64,000 nt of DNA from positions 96,001 through 160,000 of the forward strand of contig CAVWVQ010000002.1 of assembly GCA_963758525.1 (NCBI GenBank). The letters run 5' to 3'. Positions 20,743 through 31,389 of this stretch are shown here, in pieces (within the stretch, counting starts at the first letter, position 1; each line of letters begins with the position of its first letter). The DNA comes from an uncultured Phycisphaerales bacterium (lineage in GTDB: Bacteria > Planctomycetota > Phycisphaerae > Tepidisphaerales > Tepidisphaeraceae). The notes below the pieces were generated by a model. That model was not told the DNA's origin. It worked only from the letters and a program-made list of their open reading frames with translations, and made no database searches. The translations under genes were made by a program, and so were the position numbers.

Positions 20743-20843
20743 TATGCATCCATTGAGCGAACGGGGAATGTCCTGCTGAGCGATCCGCCATCGTCCTCAG
20801 ATGCGACCGATCACAGTGGCACGGCACGCGGAGCCAAGGATTG

Positions 20844-21422
20844 TCAGCCCCGCGGCATATATCCGCACTCGGGGCATCGCCTCGGCGTTGCCCGCAGATC
20901 GTAGCCGCAGTCGGGGCAATGACCCGCGCGGTGCTGCTTCTCCCTGAGCATCAACGCCACCAGGCTCCTGAGCGGCATCACCCCTGTCAGCAGCACGATC
21001 GACCACCACGGCATGCGAACGATCCAGCCATTATCAGGGTATGGCGGGCTCTCGGTATTCCACCGCGGCGCGTGCCAGCCTCGGGCGAGATAAAACCCCC
21101 ATCCGCCTCCCATTCCCTCCCGGACGCCCACATATTCGTAGGCGGCGTCAGCGTCGTCGCGGACATAATCCCATTGCCAGGCACTCTGCGGCTGCGGAAC
21201 GGGAAGACCCGCAGCGCTCATCCATTCGGGCTGCGCATAGTCGAAGAGCAGCCGGATCAGGTGCAGCCCCCCCGCTCCGCTGACCAGCGAGGTGGCGTGA
21301 TACGGAGTCCTCAGTGTCAGATCATCCATAACCCAGTTCCCCCGGATCCAGAAGGCGATCGCCGCTGCGCACAGCACGCCGGATGTCCAAGTGAGGAGAA
21401 TCTTCCGTCGCAAAGAGCGCAT
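20844..21422 (-). CDS. Two-TM protein with C-terminal zinc ribbon (GHCPDCGYDLRATPRRCPECG)
   Basis: N-terminal TM, aromatic-rich loop, MPWW second TM, CxxC-x10-CxxC tail. Confidence 0.8.
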   Translation of the reverse strand: MRSLRRKILLTWTSGVLCAAAIAFWIRGNWVMDDLTLRTPYHATSLVSGAGGLHLIRLLFDYAQPEWMSAAGLPVPQPQSAWQWDYVRDDADAAYEYVGVREGMGGGWGFYLARGWHAPRWNTESPPYPDNGWIVRMPWWSIVLLTGVMPLRSLVALMLREKQHRAGHCPDCGYDLRATPRRCPECGYMPRG

Positions 21423-21444
21423 CGCGGCTATCTTATCATCAGGG

Positions 21445-21672
21445 CAACGAGGCACGGAGGTAGGAAGGCATGGGAGCAGGAAGGCACGGAGGCACGAAGG
21501 CACAAAGGCACGAAGGGTGAGGAAGGAAGAGACGGCCGATGAGAAAAAATAACTCTCTACAACATCCCCTTCCTTCCCTTCGTGCCTCCGTGCCTGCGTG
21601 CCTTCCTACCTCCGTGCCTGCGTGCCTGCGTGCCTCCGTGCCTTCCTTCCTGCCTTCCTCCCTTCCTCCCTT
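21445..21672. repeat. Octamer tandem repeats in inverted arrangement (GGCACGGA / GTGCCTCC)
   Basis: GGCACGGAGGCACGAAGGCACAAAGGCACG on the left, GTGCCTCCGTGCCTGCGTGCCT on the right, between divergent genes. Confidence 0.8.
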
Positions 21673-21727
21673 CACTTGACGACGACGGCGCGTGCCGCGA
21701 CGATCCGCGAGAATCGAGCATTTATTT

Positions 21728-22435
21728 GTGAGCCAGCCACCATCACCCTATCCGCCGCAGCAGTTTCCGCGGGATTTTTCCCAATACCAATCCGCTCCTG
21801 ATGCGTTTGCCCCGTCCCGGCGGGCCGCAATCCTTCTGTTCATTCTTGGCGGCTTCTTTGTGCTGGGCAGCGGGTGCATCGGCATCGCCGCCTGGACGCT
21901 TCCGCTCGATCAGCTTCTTGCCAGCTCAAAAATCACGCTTCCGGCGCCGCCGCAAGGCCTGACGATGAACCAGTTCCTCGCGGCCGCCTATACCACCATC
22001 GCGGTGCTCGGCGTGAGTTTCGGCGCGAGTCTGATTATCGTGGGACTCTTCGTTCGGCGGGGAAGCCGCGCGGCGTCCATCACTGCCGTAGTGCTTTGCG
22101 TCCCCGCCGCCCTGTTCTTCCTCTGCAATCTCGGCTCCATTTTCGCGCAGGCCGCCGGTAATCCGGCGAAGATGGTGATCGGTTTGTGTGTAACCTTCGG
22201 GCCGTTTGTGATGCTCGTCCTGGCCTGCGTCTGGCTGATCCAGGGCCTGGGCCAACTGTCCCGCGCCTCGGTTGCCCAGCAGCAATATCAAATGCAGATG
22301 TGGCAGCATCAACAACAACAGGCCACCTTTCAACAGCCTCCCCCGCCCGTGACGAATGATCCATGGCAACGCGGATATGGGATGACTCCCCCGCCACCGC
22401 CGCCCAGCGCACCGCCCGCCCCGCCGGGCGAATGA
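21728..22435 (+). CDS. Four-TM membrane protein with Pro/Gln-rich termini
   Basis: Four hydrophobic helices; SQPPSPYPP start and QQQ/PPPP tail; GTG start inferred. Confidence 0.7.
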   Translation: MSQPPSPYPPQQFPRDFSQYQSAPDAFAPSRRAAILLFILGGFFVLGSGCIGIAAWTLPLDQLLASSKITLPAPPQGLTMNQFLAAAYTTIAVLGVSFGASLIIVGLFVRRGSRAASITAVVLCVPAALFFLCNLGSIFAQAAGNPAKMVIGLCVTFGPFVMLVLACVWLIQGLGQLSRASVAQQQYQMQMWQHQQQQATFQQPPPPVTNDPWQRGYGMTPPPPPPSAPPAPPGE

Positions 22436-22461
22436 TATAGAGCGACGGGCGCCTCGAGACA

Positions 22462-22485
22462 CGCCTCGCAAGCGAGGCGGCTAAA
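22462..22485. repeat. REP-like hairpin with GGCTAAA tail
   Basis: CGCCTCGC-AA-GCGAGGCG-GCTAAA between convergent genes; tail matches the TTTAGCC REPs at 31205 and 37600. Confidence 0.5.
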
Positions 22486-22521
22486 GGATAACGAGTGCTG
22501 CGCACGCCGATCCAGAGCCCC

Positions 22522-22597
22522 CCCGTCCCTCCGTCCCTCCGTCCCTCCGTCCCTTCGTCCCTCCGTCCCTCTCTCCCTTCGTCCCCTCCTCCCTCCC
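22522..22597. repeat. Octamer tandem repeat (CCGTCCCT)n
   Basis: About six copies immediately downstream of the aroF stop codon. Confidence 0.85.
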
Positions 22598-23653
22598 CTA
22601 CACTTCCCGATCCACCGCGATCGCAATCCTTCGAATCGCCGTCATCATCGCGGCAAACTGTTGCGGCGTGATCGACTGAGCGCCGTCGGTCAACGCATGC
22701 TCCGGATCGTTATGCACCTCGATGATCAGCCCGTCGGCGCCGGCGGCCACCGCGGCGCGGCACATGGAGTCAACCAGATGGCTCTTCCCGGTTCCCTGGC
22801 TGGGATCGACGATTACCGGCAGATGACTCACGCGATGCAGTTCCGGCACTGCAGCCAGCGCCAGCGTGTTGCGGACATAATCTTCGAACGTGCGGATGCC
22901 ACGCTCGCAGAGCATCACGTTGGAGTTCCCCTTGGCCATGATGTACTCGGCGGCGAGAAGGAATTCTTCCAGCGTCGCGCTCATCCCGCGCTTGAGCAGC
23001 ACCGGCTTTGACTGCTCGCCGACGGCGTTCAGCAAGTTGAAATTCTGCATGTTGCGGGCCCCCACCTGCAGCACGTCGGCATATTCCGCCACGAGTTTCA
23101 CCTGCTCCACCGCCATCACTTCCGTCACCACCGCCAGCCCCGTCTCTTCCCGCGCCAGGGCGAGCAGCTTGAGCCCTTCCTCGGCCAGCCCCTGAAACGA
23201 ATACGGGTTTGTCCGCGGCTTGAACGCCCCGCCACGCAACCCGACCGCGCCGGCTTCCTTCACCGCATGCGCGATCTCCAGCAGTTGCGTCTTGCTCTCC
23301 ACGCTGCACGGCCCGGCGATGATCCCGAGCTTCTTCCCGCCCGCGGAAGGCGCCTCCGTCGCCTGCACATCTTTGCCTTTCTGCGGCGGCGTGACGAAGA
23401 ACGGCACCACCGATCGTTCTTTCTTCACTTCCATCGAAGCCATTTTATACGGCGCGAGAATTGGCACGACTTTCTCCACTCCTTCCACGCTTTCCAGCAC
23501 TGTGCGGTCCTTGAAGCGGTCGTTTCCAATCACCGCCACAACGGTCCTCTCGGTTCCGACGATCACGTGATCCTTCAGGCCCATTTCACGAACCAGCTTC
23601 ACCACATGGTCGATCTGACTCTTGTTCGATCCGGATTTCATGACGACGATCAT
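22598..23653 (-). CDS. aroF: 3-deoxy-7-phosphoheptulonate (DAHP) synthase, class I-beta with N-terminal regulatory domain
   Basis: MIVVMK N-domain, [49 protein letters not shown]. Confidence 0.95.
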   Translation of the reverse strand: MIVVMKSGSNKSQIDHVVKLVREMGLKDHVIVGTERTVVAVIGNDRFKDRTVLESVEGVEKVVPILAPYKMASMEVKKERSVVPFFVTPPQKGKDVQATEAPSAGGKKLGIIAGPCSVESKTQLLEIAHAVKEAGAVGLRGGAFKPRTNPYSFQGLAEEGLKLLALAREETGLAVVTEVMAVEQVKLVAEYADVLQVGARNMQNFNLLNAVGEQSKPVLLKRGMSATLEEFLLAAEYIMAKGNSNVMLCERGIRTFEDYVRNTLALAAVPELHRVSHLPVIVDPSQGTGKSHLVDSMCRAAVAAGADGLIIEVHNDPEHALTDGAQSITPQQFAAMMTAIRRIAIAVDREV

Positions 23654-23682
23654 CGGGGTTCTCCTGTTGCTTTTTCCCATCC

Positions 23683-23712
23683 AAAAAAAAACCCCAGGAT
23701 CGCGTCCTGAGG
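23683..23712 (-). terminator. Attenuator terminator of the aroF leader
   Basis: Minus strand CCTCAGGA-CGCGA-TCCTGGGG followed by T9, 30 bp before the aroF ATG. Confidence 0.85.
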
Positions 23713-23740
23713 CCGGTTCGTCTGATTGTTGACGGTCAGC

Positions 23741-23812
23741 TCAGAACGCGCGGCCTCGGCGGGTGGTAAAGTACCAACCAAAACCAAAGAACATCGGCGT
23801 CGAGCGGATCAT
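23741..23812 (-). CDS. aroF leader peptide MIRSTPMFFGFGWYFTTRRGRAF (23 aa)
   Basis: Translated by hand; contains 5 Phe, 1 Trp and 1 Tyr; followed by antiterminator and terminator; absent from the ORF track because of its size. Confidence 0.85.
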   Translation of the reverse strand: MIRSTPMFFGFGWYFTTRRGRAF

Positions 23813-23994
23813 CGTGCCTGAAAGGTATCACAAGAGGGTCGGAACCGTCAAATGTTCGTGTGGAAGCTTCGCAGTCCATATGCCGGCTGCTGTATTTCTT
23901 TCACGGCAGGAACATTGCCGTCGCGGCCCACGGGACGTTGCATCTCGGATCTCCCTTCTTCCCTTCGATTCCACTCCTGCTCTAATACAACCGA

Positions 23995-24671
23995 ATGCCG
24001 TCGATCTACGCCACCGCCCTGGGCTCGGATTTTGGCCGGCTCCATCCGCACATTCAGAAGCGATATGGGTTCGACAGCACCAGCGGCGTCGGCGCGATCT
24101 GCCGCGGAATCATGCAACGGATCTGGCATGGGCCGTTCTATACGCTGCCGTTCCTCCATGTCGGCAGTTGGCGTCGGATCATGTTCCCCGAACGCGGGGA
24201 GAACATCCCGTTCACTGTCGAGAATTACGCCTACCGCGATCAGTTCGATCGCGAAACCGTCACCTGGCTTCGTTCCTTTCAAATGCGAAAGCTCCGCCGA
24301 TTGATGAATACATGATCTTCAGTGAACGGCGCAACTGCGTGGTCATTTACCTCGGCACGCATCAGCATCTCGCCGCCGACGCGGAACTGTCGGTCGATTC
24401 GCGCGGCGGACTGCGCATGCGCAGCGGCGATCAGCGACTCTACGAGCAAATGATCGGCTTCCGATTTCCGATGGCGTTCTCAGCCGTCGCGAATGTGTGC
24501 GAGTGGTATGACGACGCCGTGGGAACCTTCCGCATCGAAGTCGACGTGAGCAATCGTCTCTTCGGAAAGGTGTTCGGGTGCGCCGGTTCCTTCGACGTGG
24601 AATGGCTCAGCATCACCGAGCAGCAGATCCCCGCGCGCGTCAAGCCGATGCGGGTCGAGCAGCGGGAGTGA
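23995..24671 (+). CDS. DUF4166 domain protein (frameshift near 24300)
   Basis: SIYATALGSDFGRLHP, FPERGENIPFTVENYAY, YLGTHQHLA, FRIEVDVSN. Confidence 0.8.
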
Positions 24672-24800
24672 GACGATGACGATCGTCAGCTTCGTTCGCA
24701 CGCATTTGACTTTCGGAAGCTATTTGGCACAAATGATTCGACCCGGCTCAGCTTGTGCGCAGCGGTTGGTTCGTCGCGAGAAGATGGAGCCTGAAAATTA

Positions 24801-24875
24801 CGGGGCGTAGCTCAGCTTGGCTAGAGCACCTGGTTTGGGACCAGGACGTCGCAGGTTCAAATCCTGTCGCCCCGA
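24801..24875 (+). tRNA. tRNA-Pro(TGG), CCA not encoded
   Basis: Acceptor CGGGGCG/CGCCCCG, D-arm GCTC/GAGC, anticodon arm CCTGG-TTTGGGA-CCAGG, T-loop GTTCAAATC. Confidence 0.96.
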
Positions 24876-25108
24876 TTTGACGAGACGAAAAGCCTGTCGT
24901 CATCTGAACGTCGTCAATGTCGCTTGCAGCATCGGTGTTGCAAACGTCCAACAGCCCGGATGGCGGTTCAACGTCGGGGGAGTTTCTGTTATCCGCTCGC
25001 CTCCTTGCATAAAAGCCTGCCAAGTCAGGCAACGACCCGCTGACGCGACCCTCGGCGACATGAGCTTGGTGACGTTTTTGAAAACTTCGACTTCGCGGCG
25101 GGCCGCCG

Positions 25109-26140
25109 TCAGCCCTTGAACACCCGAAACAACAGATAGAGCGACGGCAGCAGTAACGCCATGCCGAATGGCAGGCATGCCAGGAGAAAGCGGAGCGTCG
25201 CCGCGGGGGCCGCAGCTTGGGCGAGCGTCACGTCAGGGTAGACAAAGTACGGCAGTTGGGCGACGCCCCACCCCAGGATCAGCAGAATGATCTCCGTCGC
25301 GGCGAAAATTCGGCTCAGGCGGTAGTGCCGGCGGAACACGGCCACGGCGGACGCCACAAATGCCGTCAGGCCCGCGAAGATCATCGGCAAGGAGCGCGGG
25401 CCCATGAGCTGTGCGAAAAACCACGGAACCTGATGGCGCGCCACTACCATGACGACGCCCGATAGCGCGGCGGTTGTCGTTCCCGCGAAAATCGCCCGGC
25501 GACGAAAGTCCTCGCGAAGTTCTCCGTCACACTCCGCGACCAAATAAACGGCAGCAAGATAGGCGAATGCCGAAAGCGCCAGGAGCCCGCATCCAATGCA
25601 GTAGGGACTGAGCCAGACGATGGGGTAAACCGGCATGATTGTTGCGTTGCCCGAAGCGCTGAGGCGCACATCACCCGACGTGACGACGCCAAAGGCCGCT
25701 CCCAGCAGCAGCGGAGTTGCGATGCTCACCGCACCGAACACGGTTCCCCACGCACGCGGATGTGCCAGCCAATGCGGGGTCTTTTCCATCTCCTCGCGGC
25801 CATAACTCGCATAGGCGCGGAACACAAAAGCCGCTCCGCGGAGGATGATTCCCGCCAGCGCCAGATGAAACGGCACAAATAGCGCAATGCTCAACACTGA
25901 GTACCCGTTGGGAAAACAGGTGAACAAGACGACCAGCAGGAAGATCAACCAGACGTGGTTCGCTTCCCATACCGGGCCCATTGCATGCGCGACCGCATCC
26001 CGCTGTGCCTGGCGGCGCGGGCCCGAGGCAAGCAGATCCCAGACTCCCCCGCCAAAATCCGCGCCGGCGAGAACCGCGTACGCCATCAGGGCAAACAATG
26101 CCACGGCGGCCGCGAGGATTTGAAGCGTCGAATCGGTCAT
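25109..26140 (-). CDS. cydB: Cytochrome bd ubiquinol oxidase subunit II
   Basis: GADFGGGVW, GPVWEANHVWL, LRGAAFVFR. Confidence 0.93.
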   Translation of the reverse strand: MTDSTLQILAAAVALFALMAYAVLAGADFGGGVWDLLASGPRRQAQRDAVAHAMGPVWEANHVWLIFLLVVLFTCFPNGYSVLSIALFVPFHLALAGIILRGAAFVFRAYASYGREEMEKTPHWLAHPRAWGTVFGAVSIATPLLLGAAFGVVTSGDVRLSASGNATIMPVYPIVWLSPYCIGCGLLALSAFAYLAAVYLVAECDGELREDFRRRAIFAGTTTAALSGVVMVVARHQVPWFFAQLMGPRSLPMIFAGLTAFVASAVAVFRRHYRLSRIFAATEIILLILGWGVAQLPYFVYPDVTLAQAAAPAATLRFLLACLPFGMALLLPSLYLLFRVFKG

Positions 26141-26153
26141 GTCCAGACTTCAA

Positions 26154-27489
26154 TCAAGCCAGCGCCGGCCGCGAAGTGGATGGGTGGTGCATCTCCATCG
26201 GAAGATTTCCAATATGTCGAAGCAATGCAACGACGACAACCGCCAGCAGCAGATAGAGCAGGGAGAATCCGAAGAAAAAGATCGGCACATTCGGATTGGG
26301 CGTGACTGCATCGGCCGTGCGCAACACGCCATTGATGACCCACGGCTGGCGGCCCAGTTCAGTGACCATCCATCCGGCCTCCAGCGCAATGAACCCCAGC
26401 GGCCCGGCGAAGACGATCATCCGCAACAACCAGCGATACGAGAGGACATCGAGGCCGTTTCGCCATCGCAATCCCCAAAAAAGCATCGAAACGAATAGCA
26501 ATAGCGTTCCACATCCGACCATCACGTCAAAGGCCAGATGTTCGGCCGGAACATCGGGCCAATCCTGGCGCGGAATGTCGTCGAGCCCTTTCACCTCCGC
26601 GTCGAAATGATGCGTCGCCAGGAAACTCAAGCCCCCTGGAATCTCGATAGCTCCAACATCCCGACGCGCGTTCACATCGGGAAACCCGCCGATGTGCAGC
26701 GGAGCGTATCGCAGGGTCTTGAATTCACCTTCCATGCCGGCGAATTTCGCGGGTTGGGTCTGATAAACGAATTTGGCGATCGCGTCGCCAGCGAGGGGCT
26801 GCAGCAGCGCGGCGACACCGCCCACCGCAAGTGCAATGACGATCGCCGAGCGGTGATAGGCATCGCGCCTGCCGCGCAACAACCCCATCGCATAGATGGC
26901 CGCGACGGCAAATGGCACCGACGAATAACAGGCAAGAGTCGAATGAACGCTCATGACGGCCCAGGCGTAGGTTTTGAAGATCGCTGCCGGATCGGTGGAC
27001 GTTACGCGACCGGCAGAATCCATCGTGAAGCCGATCGGCAACTGCATCCACGCATTGACCGCCAGCACGAGCACGCCTGAAACCGCTCCACTGAGGGCAA
27101 TCATGATCCCGCAGAGCCAATGTCCGACGGGGGAAAGTCGATCCCAACCGTAGAGATACAGCCCGATAAAAATCGCTTCGATGAAGAACGCAAAGCCTTC
27201 CAGGCCAAAGGCCGGTCCGGCGACGGCGCCCGCGATTTGCATATACTTCGGCCACAGCAACCCCAGTTCAAGGGACAGCGCGGTTCCGGAGACGGCCCCG
27301 ACGGCGAACAGCAGTCCGGTCGCCTTGGCCCACTTGCGCAAGGGCGAGGTAATGCGTTTGGCGGGTGCGCAGATAGAGACCTTCGGCGATGACCAGAAGG
27401 AGCGGCAAGCCAATCCCGATCGCCGCGAAGATGATATGAAACACCAGCGAAAGCGCCATTTGTCCGCGAGCTGCGATCAGCGAATTCAT
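26154..27489 (-). CDS. cydA: Cytochrome bd ubiquinol oxidase subunit I (frameshift near 27340)
   Basis: ARGQMALSLVFHIIFAAIGIG, FAVGAVSG, EGFAFFIEAIF, NAWMQ, QPAKFAGMEG, EAGWMVTELGRQPW. Confidence 0.93.
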
Positions 27490-27719
27490 GACGCCTCGGC
27501 GTTAAGAAATACGAAAAATGATGGTTGCAAAGTGTCTGCTCATGTTGTCCGCAGTTCTCCCTCGCCACAATCCCCCCGGCACGACGAGCCCGAAGCAGGC
27601 ATATTCCCGGAAGATCGGCCACGCACGCGGCACGGGAATGCGAATTTTCCGTCGGGCGGCGCTCGCTGCAGACCCGATACTCAAACAATAGGCCGCCTAT
27701 CTGCACGGAGGATCTGACG

Positions 27720-28628
27720 ATGCTTGCAAGAAGGTTTCCCAGCACGCGCGCTGTTGGTCGCCGATCGCTCACCGAGACGCTGGAGCCGCGTGCATATTTC
27801 TGTGGCCTGGCGGCGCCGACCGCTGGGTCCGTTATGCCGGCCGGGGCATCGACCAGTTTCATCTCGGCAACATTAGAGCACGCGACCGCCGTGCCCGACG
27901 GACCCACGGTTCTCACTCCAGTCATTACCGCGGAAACCCTGCCGGCTTCCGCGCCTGCTGGTATCCCGCTTACGAAGGCTTCGGTAACCGTGCAACTTAC
28001 CAATGCGTCGGCCATCAGCGCGAGAGGGCCGGTGACGATCAACCTGTATGCGGCACACGGCGCGACGCTGAACACCGATACCGACACGATTATCGCGCAT
28101 GCAACAAAATCGGAACCGCTGAAGATCGGGAAGTTCGCAACCCTCATCATTCCGATCCGGTCTTTTCCGTCGAGCCTGATCGGCAGCACGTACCACCTGA
28201 TCGCGCAAGCGGTCGACTCGGCAGGCGCAGCCACGTCGGCCTCCGGAGGCGCTTTCAGCGTCGCGGCCCCATCAATCTCATTGTCAGAGAATATCACTTC
28301 TTTGAAATTGCCCGCCACGGTTCACAGCGGGGCCAGGCTGACGGGATCTTTTCTGGACCTGACGATCGCCAACCATGGCAACATCACCGATAACGGCTTC
28401 ACCATCGATCTGTCGGCATCGCGCTCTTCGGACGAGCCGGGAGGTTCGTTCCTGCATTTTAAGAGAAGAACCAAAATCGCGGCAGGTGCTTCAATTGCCG
28501 TAATCATCCCGCTTCGAAAGGCTCCGGTGCTCGCGCCGGGAAGCTTTTACTTCATTGCCCTGACGACCGATTCCCAGGGCGGCATCAGCTTGCCGGCCTC
28601 GGGAAGCCCGTTTGTGATTTCGTCATAG
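27720..28628 (+). CDS. LEPR-motif secreted protein with two beta-rich (Ig/CARDB-like) domains; short paralog of the downstream gene
   Basis: N-terminal RRSLTETLEPRAYF; C-terminal part closely matches 30375..31108. Confidence 0.75.
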   Translation: MLARRFPSTRAVGRRSLTETLEPRAYFCGLAAPTAGSVMPAGASTSFISATLEHATAVPDGPTVLTPVITAETLPASAPAGIPLTKASVTVQLTNASAISARGPVTINLYAAHGATLNTDTDTIIAHATKSEPLKIGKFATLIIPIRSFPSSLIGSTYHLIAQAVDSAGAATSASGGAFSVAAPSISLSENITSLKLPATVHSGARLTGSFLDLTIANHGNITDNGFTIDLSASRSSDEPGGSFLHFKRRTKIAAGASIAVIIPLRKAPVLAPGSFYFIALTTDSQGGISLPASGSPFVISS

Positions 28629-28691
28629 CCTCAGACCCGCACACGCATAGCCTGCGCAATTTCTTTGAAAGCTGCCGGAGGGCGGTTCTTT

Positions 28692-28747
28692 GCAGCACGG
28701 CCGTCCCGGCTGTGATTCCAAACCCACAGCCCAGACGCCTGTGCTAT
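28692..28747. repeat. Degenerate REP-like inverted pair
   Basis: GCAGCACGGCCGTCCCGGCTGTG ... CACAGCCCAGACGCCTGTGCTAT. Confidence 0.45.
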
Positions 28748-28887
28748 ATGATTGCGCCACTGGTGGTTTGGGAATCAATCAAGTTATTCGTGTGCGAGGA
28801 CTCAGACGCCGCTTCACCCATCGGCCTATTCGGATTAGCATGAACGCTTTGAATAGAGTGGCGCACATTCGGCTGGAGGACGTGACG

Positions 28888-31108
28888 ATGTTGAGTGCAA
28901 AGTTTTCCCGCAAAAGAGTTGCTGTTCGCCGGACAATTGCAGAAGCGATGGAGCCGCGCGCGTATCTCACCGCCGTGGCATTTGCGACGCCGGTGCCGAT
29001 TCCGATCGCTAATTCCGCAGCGACGGCCGGCGTGTTCACCAGTTCTGTTTCAGCGGATTTCAACGGCGACGGGCTGCCGGACTATGCCACGCTCGATCGC
29101 GCCAATCAGACGCTCGACGTGATGATCAACAACGGGAACGGCACATTTTCCCGAAGCCAGACGCTGGCGACCGGTCGGCAGCCCGACTCGCTCCAGGCGG
29201 TCGCTTTGACCAACGGCAATATCGATCTGCTGTTCGTCAACTCCGTCGATGCAACCGCCGAATTCTACACCGGCGACGGAAACGGCACATTCGCCACGAC
29301 GCCGACGACCTTCAGCATCGGCTCGGCGCAGTCGTCGAGCTTCGCAGGCACAGTGACCGCGGACACCATCAATGCCGCGGATGTCACCGGCGACGGCTTT
29401 CCCGATATTCTCGTCGGGACGACCAACGGCGCATTGATCACCCTGTTGAACAACGGCAGCGGGCAGTTCAATCAGCAAGAGGCCGTTCAGGGCGGCCTCG
29501 GCGCGTCCGGCAACTTTTTCAATTCGACGAATACCACCGACGTGGTCAACGCGCTGCCGAACGGAGACATTCAGATATTCACCGATCACGGGGCCGGGCT
29601 GGCGCTTACCAGCGCGGCTACCACGGTTCCCAATACACTGGCCAACCAATCCAGCTATCAGTTGGCCGGCAATATCGTCGTCGGGGATTTCAACAACGAC
29701 GGCAACCTCGACATCGCCGCGGTGATCACCGACTCGCAAACCAACACGTCCTACGTGAGCACGCTGCTGGGAAATGGAGATGGAACGTTTCAGACGCCGG
29801 TATTGACGACGATTACCAGCGGAGCGACCCGGCTCCAGGTCGGCAGTTTCACCGGCGGGAGCAACGAAGATTTGCTGGCGCTCTACTCCGATCAGACCGC
29901 CGTACTCACCGGCAACGGCAACGGCACATTTACCGCGGCCAGCGTCAGCATTCCCGAAAGCGGCTGGAATTCCACCGCGATCGCCGACTTCAACAACGAC
30001 GGCCTGTTCGACGTCGTCTTCGGCAACCAGTTGCTGCTCGACACCACCGGATTGACGACCACCAGGACCTTCGTCAGCTCCACTGCCAACCCGGTCGCCC
30101 CCGGGCAGAGCGTTACTCTCAAGGCATCCGTCACCGGCGCCGGCGGAACGCCGTCGGGCAATGTGGCGTTTTTCGATACCACATCCGCGACCAGTGAGAA
30201 ACTGCTCGGCGTCGGCAAACTCACCGGCGGAGCTGCGAATATCAGCGTCGGACTCGGGAACACGGCCGCCACTCATCGCATCGTGGCGGAATATCTGGGC
30301 GATACCAAGTTCGCGGCCGGCAGCTCCACCGCCTTGAGCGAATCCGTCGAGAAGAACGCGGGCATCCCCATTGGCCCGACGATTCTCACGCCGACTGTCG
30401 TCAAAGAATCGCTCCCAGGTTCCGCGCCGGCCGGCACGAAGCTGACCAATGCCTCGGTGACGGTGCGGCTCACCAACGCCAGCGCCATCGACGCCAAAGG
30501 CCCGGTGACGATCAACCTCTACGCGGCTGTCGGGACCACACTGGACACCAGCGTGGATACGCTTCTCACGCACGTTTCGAAATCCGAATCGCTCAAGTTG
30601 ACCAAGAGCAGCAACATTCAGCATTCCGATCAAGTCGCTGCCATCGAGCCTGATCGGCGGGACGTATCATCTGATCGTGCAGACGGTCGACTCGGCCGGG
30701 ACTGCGTCCGCCGCGTCCACCGCTACGTTCGCCGTGGCTGCGCCGGTCATCACATTGTCGGAGCGGATTGGCTCTCTCAAGCTCCCCGCCACGATCGTTA
30801 GCGGCACAAAGCTCAGTGGATCGTCCCTGAATCTAGTCATCACCAACAGCGGAAACATCACCGATAACGGGTTTTCGATCGATCTGTCCGCGTCGCAGGA
30901 TCCGGATGAACCGGGAGGATCGTTCCTGCATTTCAAGCGCGCGACAAAAATCGCGGCGGGAAAATCAATCGCCGTAAAGATTCCGATCGGCAGGGCGCCG
31001 GTGCTCGCGCCGGGAAGCTACTACATGATTGCGCTCACGACGGACTCCGAAGGAGGCATCAGTCTGCCGCCGGCGGGAAGCGTGTTTGCGGTCTCAGCAC
31101 CAAACTGA
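28888..31108 (+). CDS. LEPR-motif FG-GAP/VCBS repeat surface protein with Ig-like domains (frameshift near 30610)
   Basis: EAMEPRAYL; repeated ADFNGDGLPD / GDFNNDGNLD / GNGDGTF; SSTANPVAPGQSVTLKASV..YLGD Ig-like domain. Confidence 0.85.
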
Positions 31109-31188
31109 CGCAAACCTCCCCCCCGGTTTAGCCTGTGCTTCTCGTTGGAATACGCGCTTCGCTGCGCGTCTCGGGTAACCTGCGGCTA

Positions 31189-31352
31189 AAAGGCGGTTTC
31201 AGAACCTGTTTAGCCGCGCCGCGCAGCGAAGCGCGTCCAAGAGCGCGTATTGACAGATTGCGTCAAACTCGCAGAAAACGCCGCTGGACACGCTCCGCTG
31301 CGCGTCGCGGCTAAACAGGTAACACACAACTTAAGGTTCTGAAACGGGCTCT
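31189..31352. mobile_element. MITE-like palindromic element, family 2, copy 1
   Basis: Outer inverted repeat GTTTCAGAACC / GGTTCTGAAAC; inner 35-bp inverted repeat 31205-31239 / 31285-31319 starting CCTGTTTAGCCGC; related copy at 37584. Confidence 0.7.
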
Positions 31353-31389
31353 GGACCGGGCGAAAGCACGCCGCGTTGAACTTTGAATC

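Noticed and set aside
23763..23994. N-terminal half of ORF 23763..24671
   Set aside because: It overlaps the aroF leader on the opposite strand; DUF4166 similarity starts at ATG 23995 in another frame
24801..25108. Genomic island integrated at tRNA-Pro
   Set aside because: No integrase and no duplicated tRNA 3' end found by eye in the window
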